Assembly (NCBI GenBank): GCA_965215005.1
Contig: CBDCCZ010000014.1
Coordinates: 96,001 to 160,000 of the forward strand
Direction: 5' to 3'
Length of the DNA stretch: 64,000 nt
DNA from: Kofleriaceae bacterium
GTDB taxonomy: Bacteria; Myxococcota_A; Polyangia; Haliangiales; Haliangiaceae
Under the pieces are notes generated by a model. It saw only the letters and a list, made by a program, of their open reading frames with translations. It had not been told where the DNA came from and did no database searches. Positions 31,599 to 40,671 of this stretch are shown in pieces. Each line of letters starts with the position of its first letter. Position 1 is the first letter of the stretch. The translations under genes were made by a program, and so were the position numbers.

Positions 31599-34500
31599 GA
31601 ATCCGCTCTATTCCACCCCCGAGTCGACCCACTGCGCTCATCGGCGGCATCATCCAATCGGCAAACCGGCTGGGCGCGCGCACCCCCTCCTGCTGCGCCC
31701 AGGAATGATAAATCGCGATCAGCTCGGCACCTTCGTCGCCGCCGAGCAGCTCGCCCAGCCGCGCCCGCAGGGGCATGGCGTAGAAATTTGCATCGGCAGA
31801 GTCGAAGCGCGCCACCGCGTCGGCGAAGAGCACGACCGCCGGTTCTCGCTGTCCACGGATCAGCGCGATCTCGGCGCGAATCGCGCGTGCATGTGCCAGC
31901 GCGAAGTACGGCAGCTTGCGATCCAGACGCGCGAGAACGCGCGCTGGCCACGCTGCCACTCGCAGCCACCGTTTTCGCTCCGCGGGTCGATCGATTGCCA
32001 GGCTGAGGGCGATGCGTCCAACCAGCTGCGCGGTATAGGCATACGGCAGCACGCAGCTGGCCAACGAGGACCGCGACATCCGCCGAAAAAACGGCGAGAG
32101 ATGGTCCCACGCCGCAGCAAGTCGTCCGTCGTAGAGCGCAATGTCGGCGTGCAGCGCGTGCCAGTAGAACTGCCGCAGCGTCGGCCGGCCCCGCACCGGC
32201 GGCCCAACGTCATCGAGCTGGGCGAGCGCTTGCGCGGGTTCATCGGCAGCAAGCCACGAATAGACACCGCCCTGGGCGCGCAAGCTGTCATAAAGGTACA
32301 AGTTGCCGTTCTCATGAGCGCGCCGCAACAGGGCTGGCAAGCGCGTGTTCAGCAGCGAAAGCGCGCCTCGATGCAACCAGGTGTTGACCAACGCCAAGCG
32401 CAGCTGGTCGACGTCATACGTAAACCGCGACTCCAGCTCTGCCCGAGCGATGCTGGACTCGATTGCCTCTGCTGCGACGTTCAGCTCTTCGTAACGCAAC
32501 AGTTTGACGTAGCCTCGCCAGCCATCGATGATCGCCACGAAACTAGGTGTCGCGTGCTCCGTTGCCAGCTCTGTGGCGCGCGCAAACAACGCTTCGCACT
32601 TGACCTTTCCGGTCATGCCTTTCATCGCCGCGAGAAAGAGCGCTTCGTAGGCAATCGCCATGGCCGCCCGCGTCGGCTCGCCGACCTCGAGCGCGTCCGC
32701 CAGCACCCGGCTCTGCAGCGCAAAGCCGAGCAGCGTATCGATAAAGCCAAGTCCGAGCGCGGTCTCCATGCCGAGATCCAGCCGCGCCAGCTCGCGCTCC
32801 GAGCACGCCGCTTCGAGCCGCAGCTGGCGCACGTCCGTGCGGCGGCCCAACAAACGAGCGCGCTGCCGTAAAATGGCCATGACCGCCGCGAAGGTCGAGC
32901 GCGGCAGCCCCGTGCCAACCGCGTGATTGGCTGCGCCGGCGTCGGCCATGGCCTCGTCCAGCCGGCCAACGCGCAACAAACACACCAGCGCCCGGCCGCG
33001 GAGATCTGCCGCCGTCGCTGGATCCACGTCGTTCGCCGCTTGGCGAAACGCCGCTGCTGCGGCGGCGAGCTGACCGGCGCGCTGCAGCGCATCCGCCCGA
33101 GCGATTTCTAGATGGGCGCGCTCAGGATCATTGGCGGGGCTCAGCTCGAGCGCGGCGCCGAGATGATTGGCGGCGCTGAAGAACGCCTGACCGTGGAGCG
33201 CTCGCTCCGCCGCCAACAACGCATACCCGCGGGCGCGATTCGCGGAGCCAGCGCCTCGCCAGTGATGAACCAGCGCCTCGAGATCGCGCTCGGGCACGCG
33301 CTCGAAGGCTCGCGCGAGCCGGCGGTGGAGCTTCTTGCGCGCTGGCTCGGTCATCGCAGCTACCACGGTTTCGCGGATGCGGTCGTGATAGGTGGTGAGG
33401 CGCTCGCCCTCGCGGGTTTGCTCGACGCGCAAAAAGCGACCAACGCGCAGCTGCGCCAGCGCTTGTGCGACCTCCACGACCCGCGCCGCTGCCACCAAAA
33501 CGTCGACGGGCTGCGGACGTGCAGCCAAGGCGGCAGCTTGCAGGAGATGGCGCGCTGGGTCGGGCAGCTCCGCCGCGCGATGACCGAGCAAGGCGTCGAG
33601 GCCGTGGAAGCTGGTCGCGAAGCTGTCGCGCGCAAACGCCAGCTCGGCGGCAAAGAACGGATTGCCTTCCGACTCGCGGGCCAGCCGTTGCACCAGCGGC
33701 GCCTCGGCCGACTCTCCGGTAAGCGTCGCGACGAGACCCTCGACCTCGTGCCGTCCCAGCGGCGCGAGTTCGAGCAGTCGCACGTCAGCGTTGGCACCCA
33801 CCACGCCCAGTTGGATGCGTAGCGCGGCGATCAGGGCAGGATCCCCGGCGCCATCGTTGCGATACGTGCCGAGGAGCAGCACGCCCGGCGACTCGGGGGC
33901 TTGCGCCAGCTCTACCAGCAGCGGCGCACTGTCGGCATCGCCCCACTGCAGATCGTCGATGCTAACGATCACCGGCCGGTGCTGTGCCAAACGGGCGAGC
34001 AGCGTCCGCAGCGCTACCGCGGCGCGACGGCGAATGGCGGCAGCGGGAGCACTGAGCTCGTTGCCAGCAAGCGCCTCGGCCACGGCCGCCGCTCGCCGCA
34101 GCGTCGGGAACAGGTGCGCGAGCGCATCGATTTCCTCGGGAACGACGCGGCGCGCGAGCTCGGGCGCGCCGCGAAGAAACCCGGCGATGGCATCGATCAC
34201 CGCATCGAGCGCCTTGAACGGAACCGACTCGCCTTCGTAGCAGCGCCCCGCGAACACCACCGCGTCGGTGTCATGAGACAGCGTCTCCACCGCATGCGCC
34301 ACCAGCGCGCTTTTGCCGGTTCCCGACGGCGCGCCCACGAGCACGGTCACCGCGCGGTTGGCTCTCGCGTCGGCAAACGCCGAGCGTATCCGCTCGAGCT
34401 CGGCAGCGCGGCCGACGAACGGAACATCGGGGGCGGCGCGGAAGCGCGACGGCATCGCCAGCGGAGCCACGCCGACGCTCGCCCGCAGATGCTCGGCCGG

Positions 34501-35493
34501 AGGGCGCCGCGCCGGCTCGATGTCGAGCAGCGCCATGGTTAGCGCGTCGAGCTCATCGCTCACGAGGCGGTTTACGCACCGCGGCGGCGTCACCGGCGCG
34601 ACGCTCTTGAGCGCAATGAGCTCATGAATGGTCGGTGCTTGAACCGGCAGCCGGCCGGTGAGCGCCTCGTACAACATCACCCCCACCGCGTACCAGTCAC
34701 TCGCCGTGGTGAGGCAGCTCGCTCCCGCTGATTGTTCCGGCGAGGCGTACGCAGGGGTGCCGAGAAACTGCCGCTCGTCGGCATGCAGCGGCGCGATCAG
34801 GCCGAAGTCGCAGATTACCACCCGACCTCGGCTGTCGACCAAAACGTTGGAGGGCTTGAGATCGCGGTGCAGCATGCCCCGCTCATGGAGCGCGGCAACG
34901 CCATCGATCAGCTGCGACAACGCGCTTTCCAGCCGCTCAGGGATGAGGACCGCCTGCTCGATGGCACGGCGGCGCGTGTCGCGAAGGCCGCCTTGCCTGC
35001 TCATCACGTCGGTGGTCGCCAGCGTCGGCGGCTGCGCGGAGGTCTGCGTGAGCTGCTGGGCCAGCGCCGCCGTCTCGAGCTCCGCGCTGCGATCGTCGGA
35101 GGACGGCGTGCGCGACGCCCCAAGCTCAGACTCCGAGCTGCCGGTGAGGCTGTCCGCAGGCGTGAGTATGTGTCGATAGGGGCGCACGTACTCGAGAAAC
35201 GAACGAGCGCCTTCGACGAGCTCCATCGCGACGCACCAGCCCTCGCCCTCAGGACTCGCGTGAAGCTCGTAGAGCGTCACCAAGTTTGGATGAATGAAAT
35301 CGGCGAGGGCGCGAAACTCCTGCTTGAAGCGATACAGCGAGTCGGGTCGCAGGGCGGTCAGCCACTTGAGCGCGAGCTCATGGCGTCGCACGTGATCGTA
35401 AACGCGATAAACGCGCCCCACGGCGCCCTCTCCCAACAGCTCGCGAACCGCGAAGCGGTCGCCCGGTACTCGCTCCTCGCCCCTCTCTGGCAT
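31591..35493 (-). CDS. Ser/Thr kinase - AAA (STAND-like) ATPase - TPR protein, paralog 2
   Basis: LGEGAVGRVY, HRDLKPSN, GTPAYASPE, APSGTGKS, IDDLQWGD, SEGNPFF; RBS GGGGGAG before ATG 35493. Confidence 0.9.
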   Translation of the reverse strand: MPERGEERVPGDRFAVRELLGEGAVGRVYRVYDHVRRHELALKWLTALRPDSLYRFKQEFRALADFIHPNLVTLYELHASPEGEGWCVAMELVEGARSFLEYVRPYRHILTPADSLTGSSESELGASRTPSSDDRSAELETAALAQQLTQTSAQPPTLATTDVMSRQGGLRDTRRRAIEQAVLIPERLESALSQLIDGVAALHERGMLHRDLKPSNVLVDSRGRVVICDFGLIAPLHADERQFLGTPAYASPEQSAGASCLTTASDWYAVGVMLYEALTGRLPVQAPTIHELIALKSVAPVTPPRCVNRLVSDELDALTMALLDIEPARRPPAEHLRASVGVAPLAMPSRFRAAPDVPFVGRAAELERIRSAFADARANRAVTVLVGAPSGTGKSALVAHAVETLSHDTDAVVFAGRCYEGESVPFKALDAVIDAIAGFLRGAPELARRVVPEEIDALAHLFPTLRRAAAVAEALAGNELSAPAAAIRRRAAVALRTLLARLAQHRPVIVSIDDLQWGDADSAPLLVELAQAPESPGVLLLGTYRNDGAGDPALIAALRIQLGVVGANADVRLLELAPLGRHEVEGLVATLTGESAEAPLVQRLARESEGNPFFAAELAFARDSFATSFHGLDALLGHRAAELPDPARHLLQAAALAARPQPVDVLVAAARVVEVAQALAQLRVGRFLRVEQTREGERLTTYHDRIRETVVAAMTEPARKKLHRRLARAFERVPERDLEALVHHWRGAGSANRARGYALLAAERALHGQAFFSAANHLGAALELSPANDPERAHLEIARADALQRAGQLAAAAAAFRQAANDVDPATAADLRGRALVCLLRVGRLDEAMADAGAANHAVGTGLPRSTFAAVMAILRQRARLLGRRTDVRQLRLEAACSERELARLDLGMETALGLGFIDTLLGFALQSRVLADALEVGEPTRAAMAIAYEALFLAAMKGMTGKVKCEALFARATELATEHATPSFVAIIDGWRGYVKLLRYEELNVAAEAIESSIARAELESRFTYDVDQLRLALVNTWLHRGALSLLNTRLPALLRRAHENGNLYLYDSLRAQGGVYSWLAADEPAQALAQLDDVGPPVRGRPTLRQFYWHALHADIALYDGRLAAAWDHLSPFFRRMSRSSLASCVLPYAYTAQLVGRIALSLAIDRPAERKRWLRVAAWPARVLARLDRKLPYFALAHARAIRAEIALIRGQREPAVVLFADAVARFDSADANFYAMPLRARLGELLGGDEGAELIAIYHSWAQQEGVRAPSRFADWMMPPMSAVGRLGGGIERIHE

Positions 35494-35806
35494 GGTGCTG
35501 GCTCCCCCAATTCTCACGACCGCAACCCCTAGATTTTCCTATTCTGCCATACCCGCCGCCGCCGATGGAGCCCCACCCCGCTGCTTCCAACGTGGAGGAA
35601 CCTCGCGCACACGTATCCCGCTGGTGAACGTTCGCGACCAGCGTGTTGCCCGGCGAACGCGGACAGCTGAAACGAGGGGGCCTCGGTGTCGAAGACCGCG
35701 TGCTGCGCGTTTCGTCAGCTGCCTGTGGCTCACGGTTAGTTGCCGCCCGGCAACAAGTCCAGCGTGACCGGGCGCGCCAGACGCGCCACGTGCTGGTTCG
35801 CAACCG

Positions 35807-35822
35807 TGGCACGCCGGCTGCT
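35807..35822 (+). promoter_or_regulatory. Putative sigma54 promoter of the RiPP cluster
   Basis: TGGCAC-GCCGG-CTGCT immediately upstream of ATG 35835. Confidence 0.6.
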
Positions 35823-35834
35823 CTACGCGCCGCC

Positions 35835-37082
35835 ATGGTGGCTACGCCGCTTCATGCATTTTTACCGAGCCCGGCTGTCTCCGAGCGTTCCTGTGAAGGG
35901 CCGGTCTGCGATCTCTTTGCAGCACTAGGCGGTCCCGACTTCCGCAAGCAGCAATTCGGCCGCGAGCTGGTATTTCGGCCCAACGCACTTTCACCCGAAG
36001 CGGCGCAAGGCCTACTCGACGTCACCGACGTCGAAGCACTCGTCCACACCCGCGGCGTCACCACGCGTCAGCAAATCGGTACCCGACACCGCGACGCCAC
36101 CATGGTTCGCTCGTTGCGCAGTCCGGGCGAGCTATACGAGCGGCTCACGGAGGGAGCCTCGCTTCAGCTGCGGCACCTCGAGGGTATTCTTGCACCGTCG
36201 GCGCCTCTGTCGCGAGCCGCGCAAGCTCTCGAGCACGCGCTCCAGCACCCGCTCGACTCGGTAAGCTGCTTTCTGACCCCACCCGGCAGCGCGACGCTGG
36301 GGCTCCACCACGACGCCACCGAAATCGTCACGATTCAGGTGCGTGGCACCAAACGATGGCGTCTCTACCACCGCGTATGGTCGCCGGAATCGGGGACCCA
36401 CGCCGCCGACGAGGTCGATGCCCCCGAGGTCGAGCTCACACTTGCGCCTGGCGACATCTTGTACACGCCAGGTGGCCTCATCCATGAGGTCGAAGCCGCG
36501 GATGAGCTGTCGATGTCGGTAACGATCGTCTTCGCGCCGTTGCGTTGGAATATCCTCCTCAACGTTCTCACCGAGCGCGCGGCGCGCCTTGCCCCGTTGC
36601 TCGATCTCGTCGATTTGACGGCAGCAGATGCAAACGGCTCCGAGGCTTTGGCGGCGGCCTTCGCTGCTCGCCGAGACCTGCTCATCGAGGAGCTCGAGCG
36701 CATGAACGTCGACGAGCTCGCTCACCGGGCACGCGAGCAACTGCTGACGGCGATGACTTGGAGCCACCGGCCCCATCTCGACGATGCATTCGCGGCCGCT
36801 CGCATCGATCTGGATACCCGCCTCGAGCATCGCTTCCCATGCGAGCTAGCCGTGTGTCGGCGCGGCGGACACGTTCACCTCACGGGTCCCGGCGGGACCG
36901 CCGCGGTGCTCCCGGCCGCCATCGAGCCCGAGCTTCGCGCGCTCGCTGCGCGGCGAGACGTCTGGCCGGTGATCGAGCTGTCCGCCCGCCTCCCCGAGAC
37001 CGAGCGCGTGGCGCTAGCGCGTCAACTGGTCCGGTCTGGGCTGATCCGCATCGCGCGCGGCAGCCAGGAGCCGCTGCCATGA
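35835..37082 (+). CDS. JmjC/cupin Fe(II)/2-oxoglutarate oxygenase (RoxA/YcfD-like) #1
   Basis: GLHHDATEIVTIQVRGTKRWRLY...PGDILYTPGGLIHEV (HxD...H triad); winged-helix-like C-terminus LARQLVRSGLI. Confidence 0.85.
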   Translation: MVATPLHAFLPSPAVSERSCEGPVCDLFAALGGPDFRKQQFGRELVFRPNALSPEAAQGLLDVTDVEALVHTRGVTTRQQIGTRHRDATMVRSLRSPGELYERLTEGASLQLRHLEGILAPSAPLSRAAQALEHALQHPLDSVSCFLTPPGSATLGLHHDATEIVTIQVRGTKRWRLYHRVWSPESGTHAADEVDAPEVELTLAPGDILYTPGGLIHEVEAADELSMSVTIVFAPLRWNILLNVLTERAARLAPLLDLVDLTAADANGSEALAAAFAARRDLLIEELERMNVDELAHRAREQLLTAMTWSHRPHLDDAFAAARIDLDTRLEHRFPCELAVCRRGGHVHLTGPGGTAAVLPAAIEPELRALAARRDVWPVIELSARLPETERVALARQLVRSGLIRIARGSQEPLP

Positions 37083-37954
37083 ATGCCCCCCGCAGTCTGT
37101 CGCAGCTCGTCGGTCCAGAGGGACTCGCCGCGTTCTTTTCCGCGCATTGGGGCCACACGCCGTTGATTCGGCAAGTGATGGCGCCGGCGGAAGCGCTGCA
37201 ACTCGTTGACGAGGAGCAGTTTTGGATGCTCGTCGAGCGCGCAACTCGGCTTCCTGGCCAGCACGTGCGGGTGGCGCGCGCTACTACACGCGCAAACGAA
37301 CAACAGCGCTGGCTCACTCGCGCTCACGATGCGCGCGCCGCTTACCGCGACGGCTGGAGCATAACGCTTCACCATCTCGGCGCACTGCTTCCGCCCCAGC
37401 ACCCGCTCGTGGAGCTGGAGCGTGACATCGCCGACTCTGTCGGGGCTCTCGCCGAGGAGGCGCAGGTCGCCGCCATCCTGACCCCGAGTGGCGCGCGCGG
37501 CTTCACCATTCACCAGGACGACAACGAGTTCTTCTCGCTCCAGCTCGCCGGAACCAAAACGTGGACCCTCCACGGCATCGCCCCAACCCACGTGCGCGGC
37601 GCCGAGTGTCCCGTAACAGAGCGCCATGAGCTGGAATCTGGCGCCATGCTCTACGTCCCGCGGCACACTGTGCACGAGGTCGATGCCACCCCGGCCGCGA
37701 GCCTCTCCGCGGTGCTGATGTTCCGCGTCCCCACCTGGGCTCGCCTCGTGCGCACGCTGATCGAGCGAGCTCTGGTGGTCGACACCGATCGGCGCTGGCA
37801 CCGCACCGTTCCGCCCGCGCTCCTCCGCGGCTGCGGAGATGACACCGCCGCCGCCCAGGCCCTCGACCACCTCGCGCTGATCGCGGGCGCATCCGGGCTA
37901 CTGCGCGAATGGGTTCGCGAGCGAGAGGACACGCACCGCGGGCGCTCAAGCTAA
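37079..37954 (+). CDS. JmjC/cupin Fe(II)/2OG oxygenase #2
   Basis: FFSAHWGHTP, GFTIHQDDNEFFSLQLAGTKTW...GAMLYVPRHTVHEV; ATGA overlap with #1. Confidence 0.85.
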   Translation: MNAPRSLSQLVGPEGLAAFFSAHWGHTPLIRQVMAPAEALQLVDEEQFWMLVERATRLPGQHVRVARATTRANEQQRWLTRAHDARAAYRDGWSITLHHLGALLPPQHPLVELERDIADSVGALAEEAQVAAILTPSGARGFTIHQDDNEFFSLQLAGTKTWTLHGIAPTHVRGAECPVTERHELESGAMLYVPRHTVHEVDATPAASLSAVLMFRVPTWARLVRTLIERALVVDTDRRWHRTVPPALLRGCGDDTAAAQALDHLALIAGASGLLREWVREREDTHRGRSS

Positions 37955-38004
37955 CTCGCCTTACTTTTCCCGACCCTTTGCGATCAACCACAAGGAGACA
38001 TGAG

Positions 38005-38337
38005 ATGAAGAAAATGAACGACACCCTTAAAGCCCAAATCCGTCAGCTGCTTCGCCTAGCGGCCACCGATCCCGAGGTTCGCGCCGAGCTCCTCGCCGAT
38101 CCGGCATCTGCGCTCCGGCGCTTCGCTGGGGTCGAGATCGCGGCGGCCGACCTGCCTAGCTTCGTCGCCAGCGACGACGAGGCGTCGAGCGAGGACGCCA
38201 TCGTGATCCCGGCGCTGATCGCGCGTCCGCTCGGCAGCAATGAGCTGGCCGCCGCCACCGGAGGACGACAGTACGAGAACTGGGGCGGCGAGTTCGTCTC
38301 GGCCGCGATGGAGAACTGGGGCAGCGAAGTCATCTAA
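38005..38337 (+). CDS. NHLP-leader (proteusin-type) RiPP precursor peptide
   Basis: AAGGAG RBS; leader LLRLAATDPEVRAELLADPASAL...IVIP...LGSNELAAATGG; 23-aa core RQYENWGGEFVSAAMENWGSEVI. Confidence 0.88.
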   Translation: MKKMNDTLKAQIRQLLRLAATDPEVRAELLADPASALRRFAGVEIAAADLPSFVASDDEASSEDAIVIPALIARPLGSNELAAATGGRQYENWGGEFVSAAMENWGSEVI

Positions 38338-38345
38338 TCACCGCC

Positions 38346-38377
38346 GACGCCGCACGGTCCACGGGCCGTGCGGCGTC
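38346..38377 (+). other. Stem-loop downstream of precursor gene (mRNA stabiliser or partial terminator)
   Basis: GACGCCGCACGG...CCGTGCGGCGTC 12-bp perfect inverted repeat with no U-tract. Confidence 0.6.
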
Positions 38378-38404
38378 CCCGCATGCACTGCCAGGAGCGC
38401 CCCC

Positions 38405-40135
38405 ATGGAAACCTCTCAGCTCAAGCTCATCGCTGATGGCGCCCGCACTCTCGAGGAGCTCGCGCGCGACCCAGAGCAGCGCGACGATGCGCCCTGGCGC
38501 GCGGCGTGGGCGTCTGCCATCGCCGGTCCCGGAGAATCTCCTGACGCCGTGCTGGCAGCGCGCTACGCCGAGCTCGGTGCGTATCGAGCGGACGAGCGCT
38601 GGCTTGACCTCGTCGCATATGCCCTCGGACGGGCCGCTCCGCCGGTCGAGCAGCCGCCCGAGCAGCCTGCGGCATCGGCATTCGTAGGGCCCTTCGTGAG
38701 CGCCGCGGCATTTTTTCTTACTAGTCGGCTCGAGAACGATGCCGTGCTAGGACCAGAGGCGTGGGCCGAGCTCGAGCGTGAGCTCGCTCGCGAGCTCGCC
38801 GCCTGCGCTGAGCAGGTCGTCACGCTCGAGCTCAACCTCTGGAAGGCGGCCCCGACGCTCGCCACCGCGAGCAGCTGGATCACCGGCCTTGACCGACGTA
38901 CCTACGGCGAGATCCTGGTCACGTATCCGGCGCTGGCCAGAATTCTGGCTGAACGTGCGCTGCTCTGGGTTGACCGCGTCTGTGCACTCGTGGCTCGGTT
39001 CACCCGCGACGGACACGCGCTGCACGAATCGCTGGCAGTTCCGCCCGGCGCCCGCGTGGTCTCCGTCCAAAGCACTCTCGGAGATCCGCACCTGGGGGGC
39101 GGCACCGCGCTCATCCTGCACCTCGAGCCGGGGCCGACGATCGTCTACAAACCACGGCCCGTAGACGCCGAAGCGTACCTTCTCGAGCTCGACCACTGGC
39201 TCGCCGCCCGCAATCCCGAGCTGGGGCTCCGACTCATGCCGGTGATTCCGCGGCAGGGCTATGGGTGGATGGGCTTTGCGCCACACCGCGCCTGCCGTTC
39301 GATGGAGGAGATCGAGAAGTTCTATCGCTGCGCAGGCCGGCTGCTCGGCATCCTGCACCTGCTGTGCGGGACCGATATGAACCACGAAAACATCATCGCG
39401 ATGGGCGACGCCGCGGTGCCGATCGATACCGAGATGCTGTTTACCCCGCAGCTGCACCCAGACGAGCACGAAGCTCGCTCGACGGTGCTCGATACTCTGC
39501 TCTTGCCCACCCCAGCTGCGGAGCGACCCGATCATCCTGCGGATCCCTGTGGATTGGGCTCGTGCACCGGCTCGTGGAATTCGCGCGGGCAGTGGTTTGC
39601 GAGTCAACACCAGCCCCGCCTAGGTGACCGGCGCGTACCCGCACACGAACATGCGGCGGCCATCGATGAGGGATTCACCGCGATATATCGCGCGGCCCTC
39701 CGCCACGAGCGTGAGCTCATCGCGCAGAGCGGTCCGCTCGAGCGCGCTGCGAGCATCATCACGCGCATCGTCAGGCTCACCACGGTCCAATACGCTCGCA
39801 TCCTCGGCGCCAGCTTTCAGCCCGAGCTCCTTCGTGCCGGCTACCGGCGCGGCGCGTTGCTGGAATCGCTGACGCGGGGCCTGTGGACGGTCGAGCACGA
39901 CGGTGCACGACAGGCACGCACCGTCCGCCTGGACGAGATTCGCTCGCTCCTCGTCGGTGACGTCCCCTACTTTCAGATTCGCGCCGACGCCGCCGGCGCC
40001 CCGGTGGGCTTCGTGCGGTCCGGCCTCGATCGCGCGCGGCGCCGGATCGAGCGGCTGTCGGAGGACGACCTCGATCGCCAGCGGGCCATCATCCACCAGA
40101 GCTTTCGCCATGAGCAGGAGGAGCGCGTCGCGTGA
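38405..40135 (+). CDS. Stand-alone LanM N-terminal dehydratase/kinase domain (DUF4135-type), no cyclase
   Basis: GDPHLGG, IVYKPRP, GYGWMGF, FYRCAG, TDMNHENIIA, IDTEMLF, LLVGDVPYF, ends LSEDDLDRQRAII; AGGAG RBS; about 576 aa, no LanC domain. Confidence 0.88.
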   Translation: METSQLKLIADGARTLEELARDPEQRDDAPWRAAWASAIAGPGESPDAVLAARYAELGAYRADERWLDLVAYALGRAAPPVEQPPEQPAASAFVGPFVSAAAFFLTSRLENDAVLGPEAWAELERELARELAACAEQVVTLELNLWKAAPTLATASSWITGLDRRTYGEILVTYPALARILAERALLWVDRVCALVARFTRDGHALHESLAVPPGARVVSVQSTLGDPHLGGGTALILHLEPGPTIVYKPRPVDAEAYLLELDHWLAARNPELGLRLMPVIPRQGYGWMGFAPHRACRSMEEIEKFYRCAGRLLGILHLLCGTDMNHENIIAMGDAAVPIDTEMLFTPQLHPDEHEARSTVLDTLLLPTPAAERPDHPADPCGLGSCTGSWNSRGQWFASQHQPRLGDRRVPAHEHAAAIDEGFTAIYRAALRHERELIAQSGPLERAASIITRIVRLTTVQYARILGASFQPELLRAGYRRGALLESLTRGLWTVEHDGARQARTVRLDEIRSLLVGDVPYFQIRADAAGAPVGFVRSGLDRARRRIERLSEDDLDRQRAIIHQSFRHEQEERVA

Positions 40136-40671
40136 GAACCGAGCAGCTGATCGCCGCGATAGCGGCGCTCGAGGTGGCAAACATGAGCGACGTGCTCGCC
40201 GGCATGGGGGTCGAGCTCGACCAAGACGACATCCGCGCGTCGGTTGCCGCCGATCTCGCCCGCGGGATGCCGCTCGCTGCCGTCGTGGACGACGATGCTT
40301 TGCTCGGCTACTGGCGCTACGTACGCGAATGCGCGACCGGTGACGTGTTCCTCAAGAGTCTTCAGCTACGGGCGCCCGGCCGGTCGGCGGCCGCGCTGCG
40401 CACCCTCCTGTCGACCGCGCGGCACTGCCTGGCTGCCGAGAACGGCAAGACCGTGCGTGCCGTCGTGCAGCGCCAGAACCTGCGCTCCCTCGGCATCCAT
40501 CGGCGGCTAGGCTTCCATGTCGCGCGCGAACATCCGCATGCGCTCGCCCTCGCGATCGACCGCAACCGCCTCGTCGCGAGCTTGCCCCACCCCCGGCGCG
40601 GGCCCGTGGTCCTCCTCAATGCCCCGCTCGACGGCGGCTTGCGGCCGACGAGCCCCCACGAGGCATCATGA
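40132..40671 (+). CDS. GNAT family N-acyltransferase
   Basis: LLGYWRY...VFLKSLQL...VRAVVQRQNLRSLGIHRRLGF (motif B); GTGA/ATGA overlaps on both sides. Confidence 0.75.
   Translation: MRTEQLIAAIAALEVANMSDVLAGMGVELDQDDIRASVAADLARGMPLAAVVDDDALLGYWRYVRECATGDVFLKSLQLRAPGRSAAALRTLLSTARHCLAAENGKTVRAVVQRQNLRSLGIHRRLGFHVAREHPHALALAIDRNRLVASLPHPRRGPVVLLNAPLDGGLRPTSPHEAS

Noticed and set aside
38405..40135. Class II lanthipeptide synthetase (LanM) / lanthipeptide cluster
   Set aside because: There is no cyclase domain or LanC gene, and the core has no Cys, so lanthionine cannot form.
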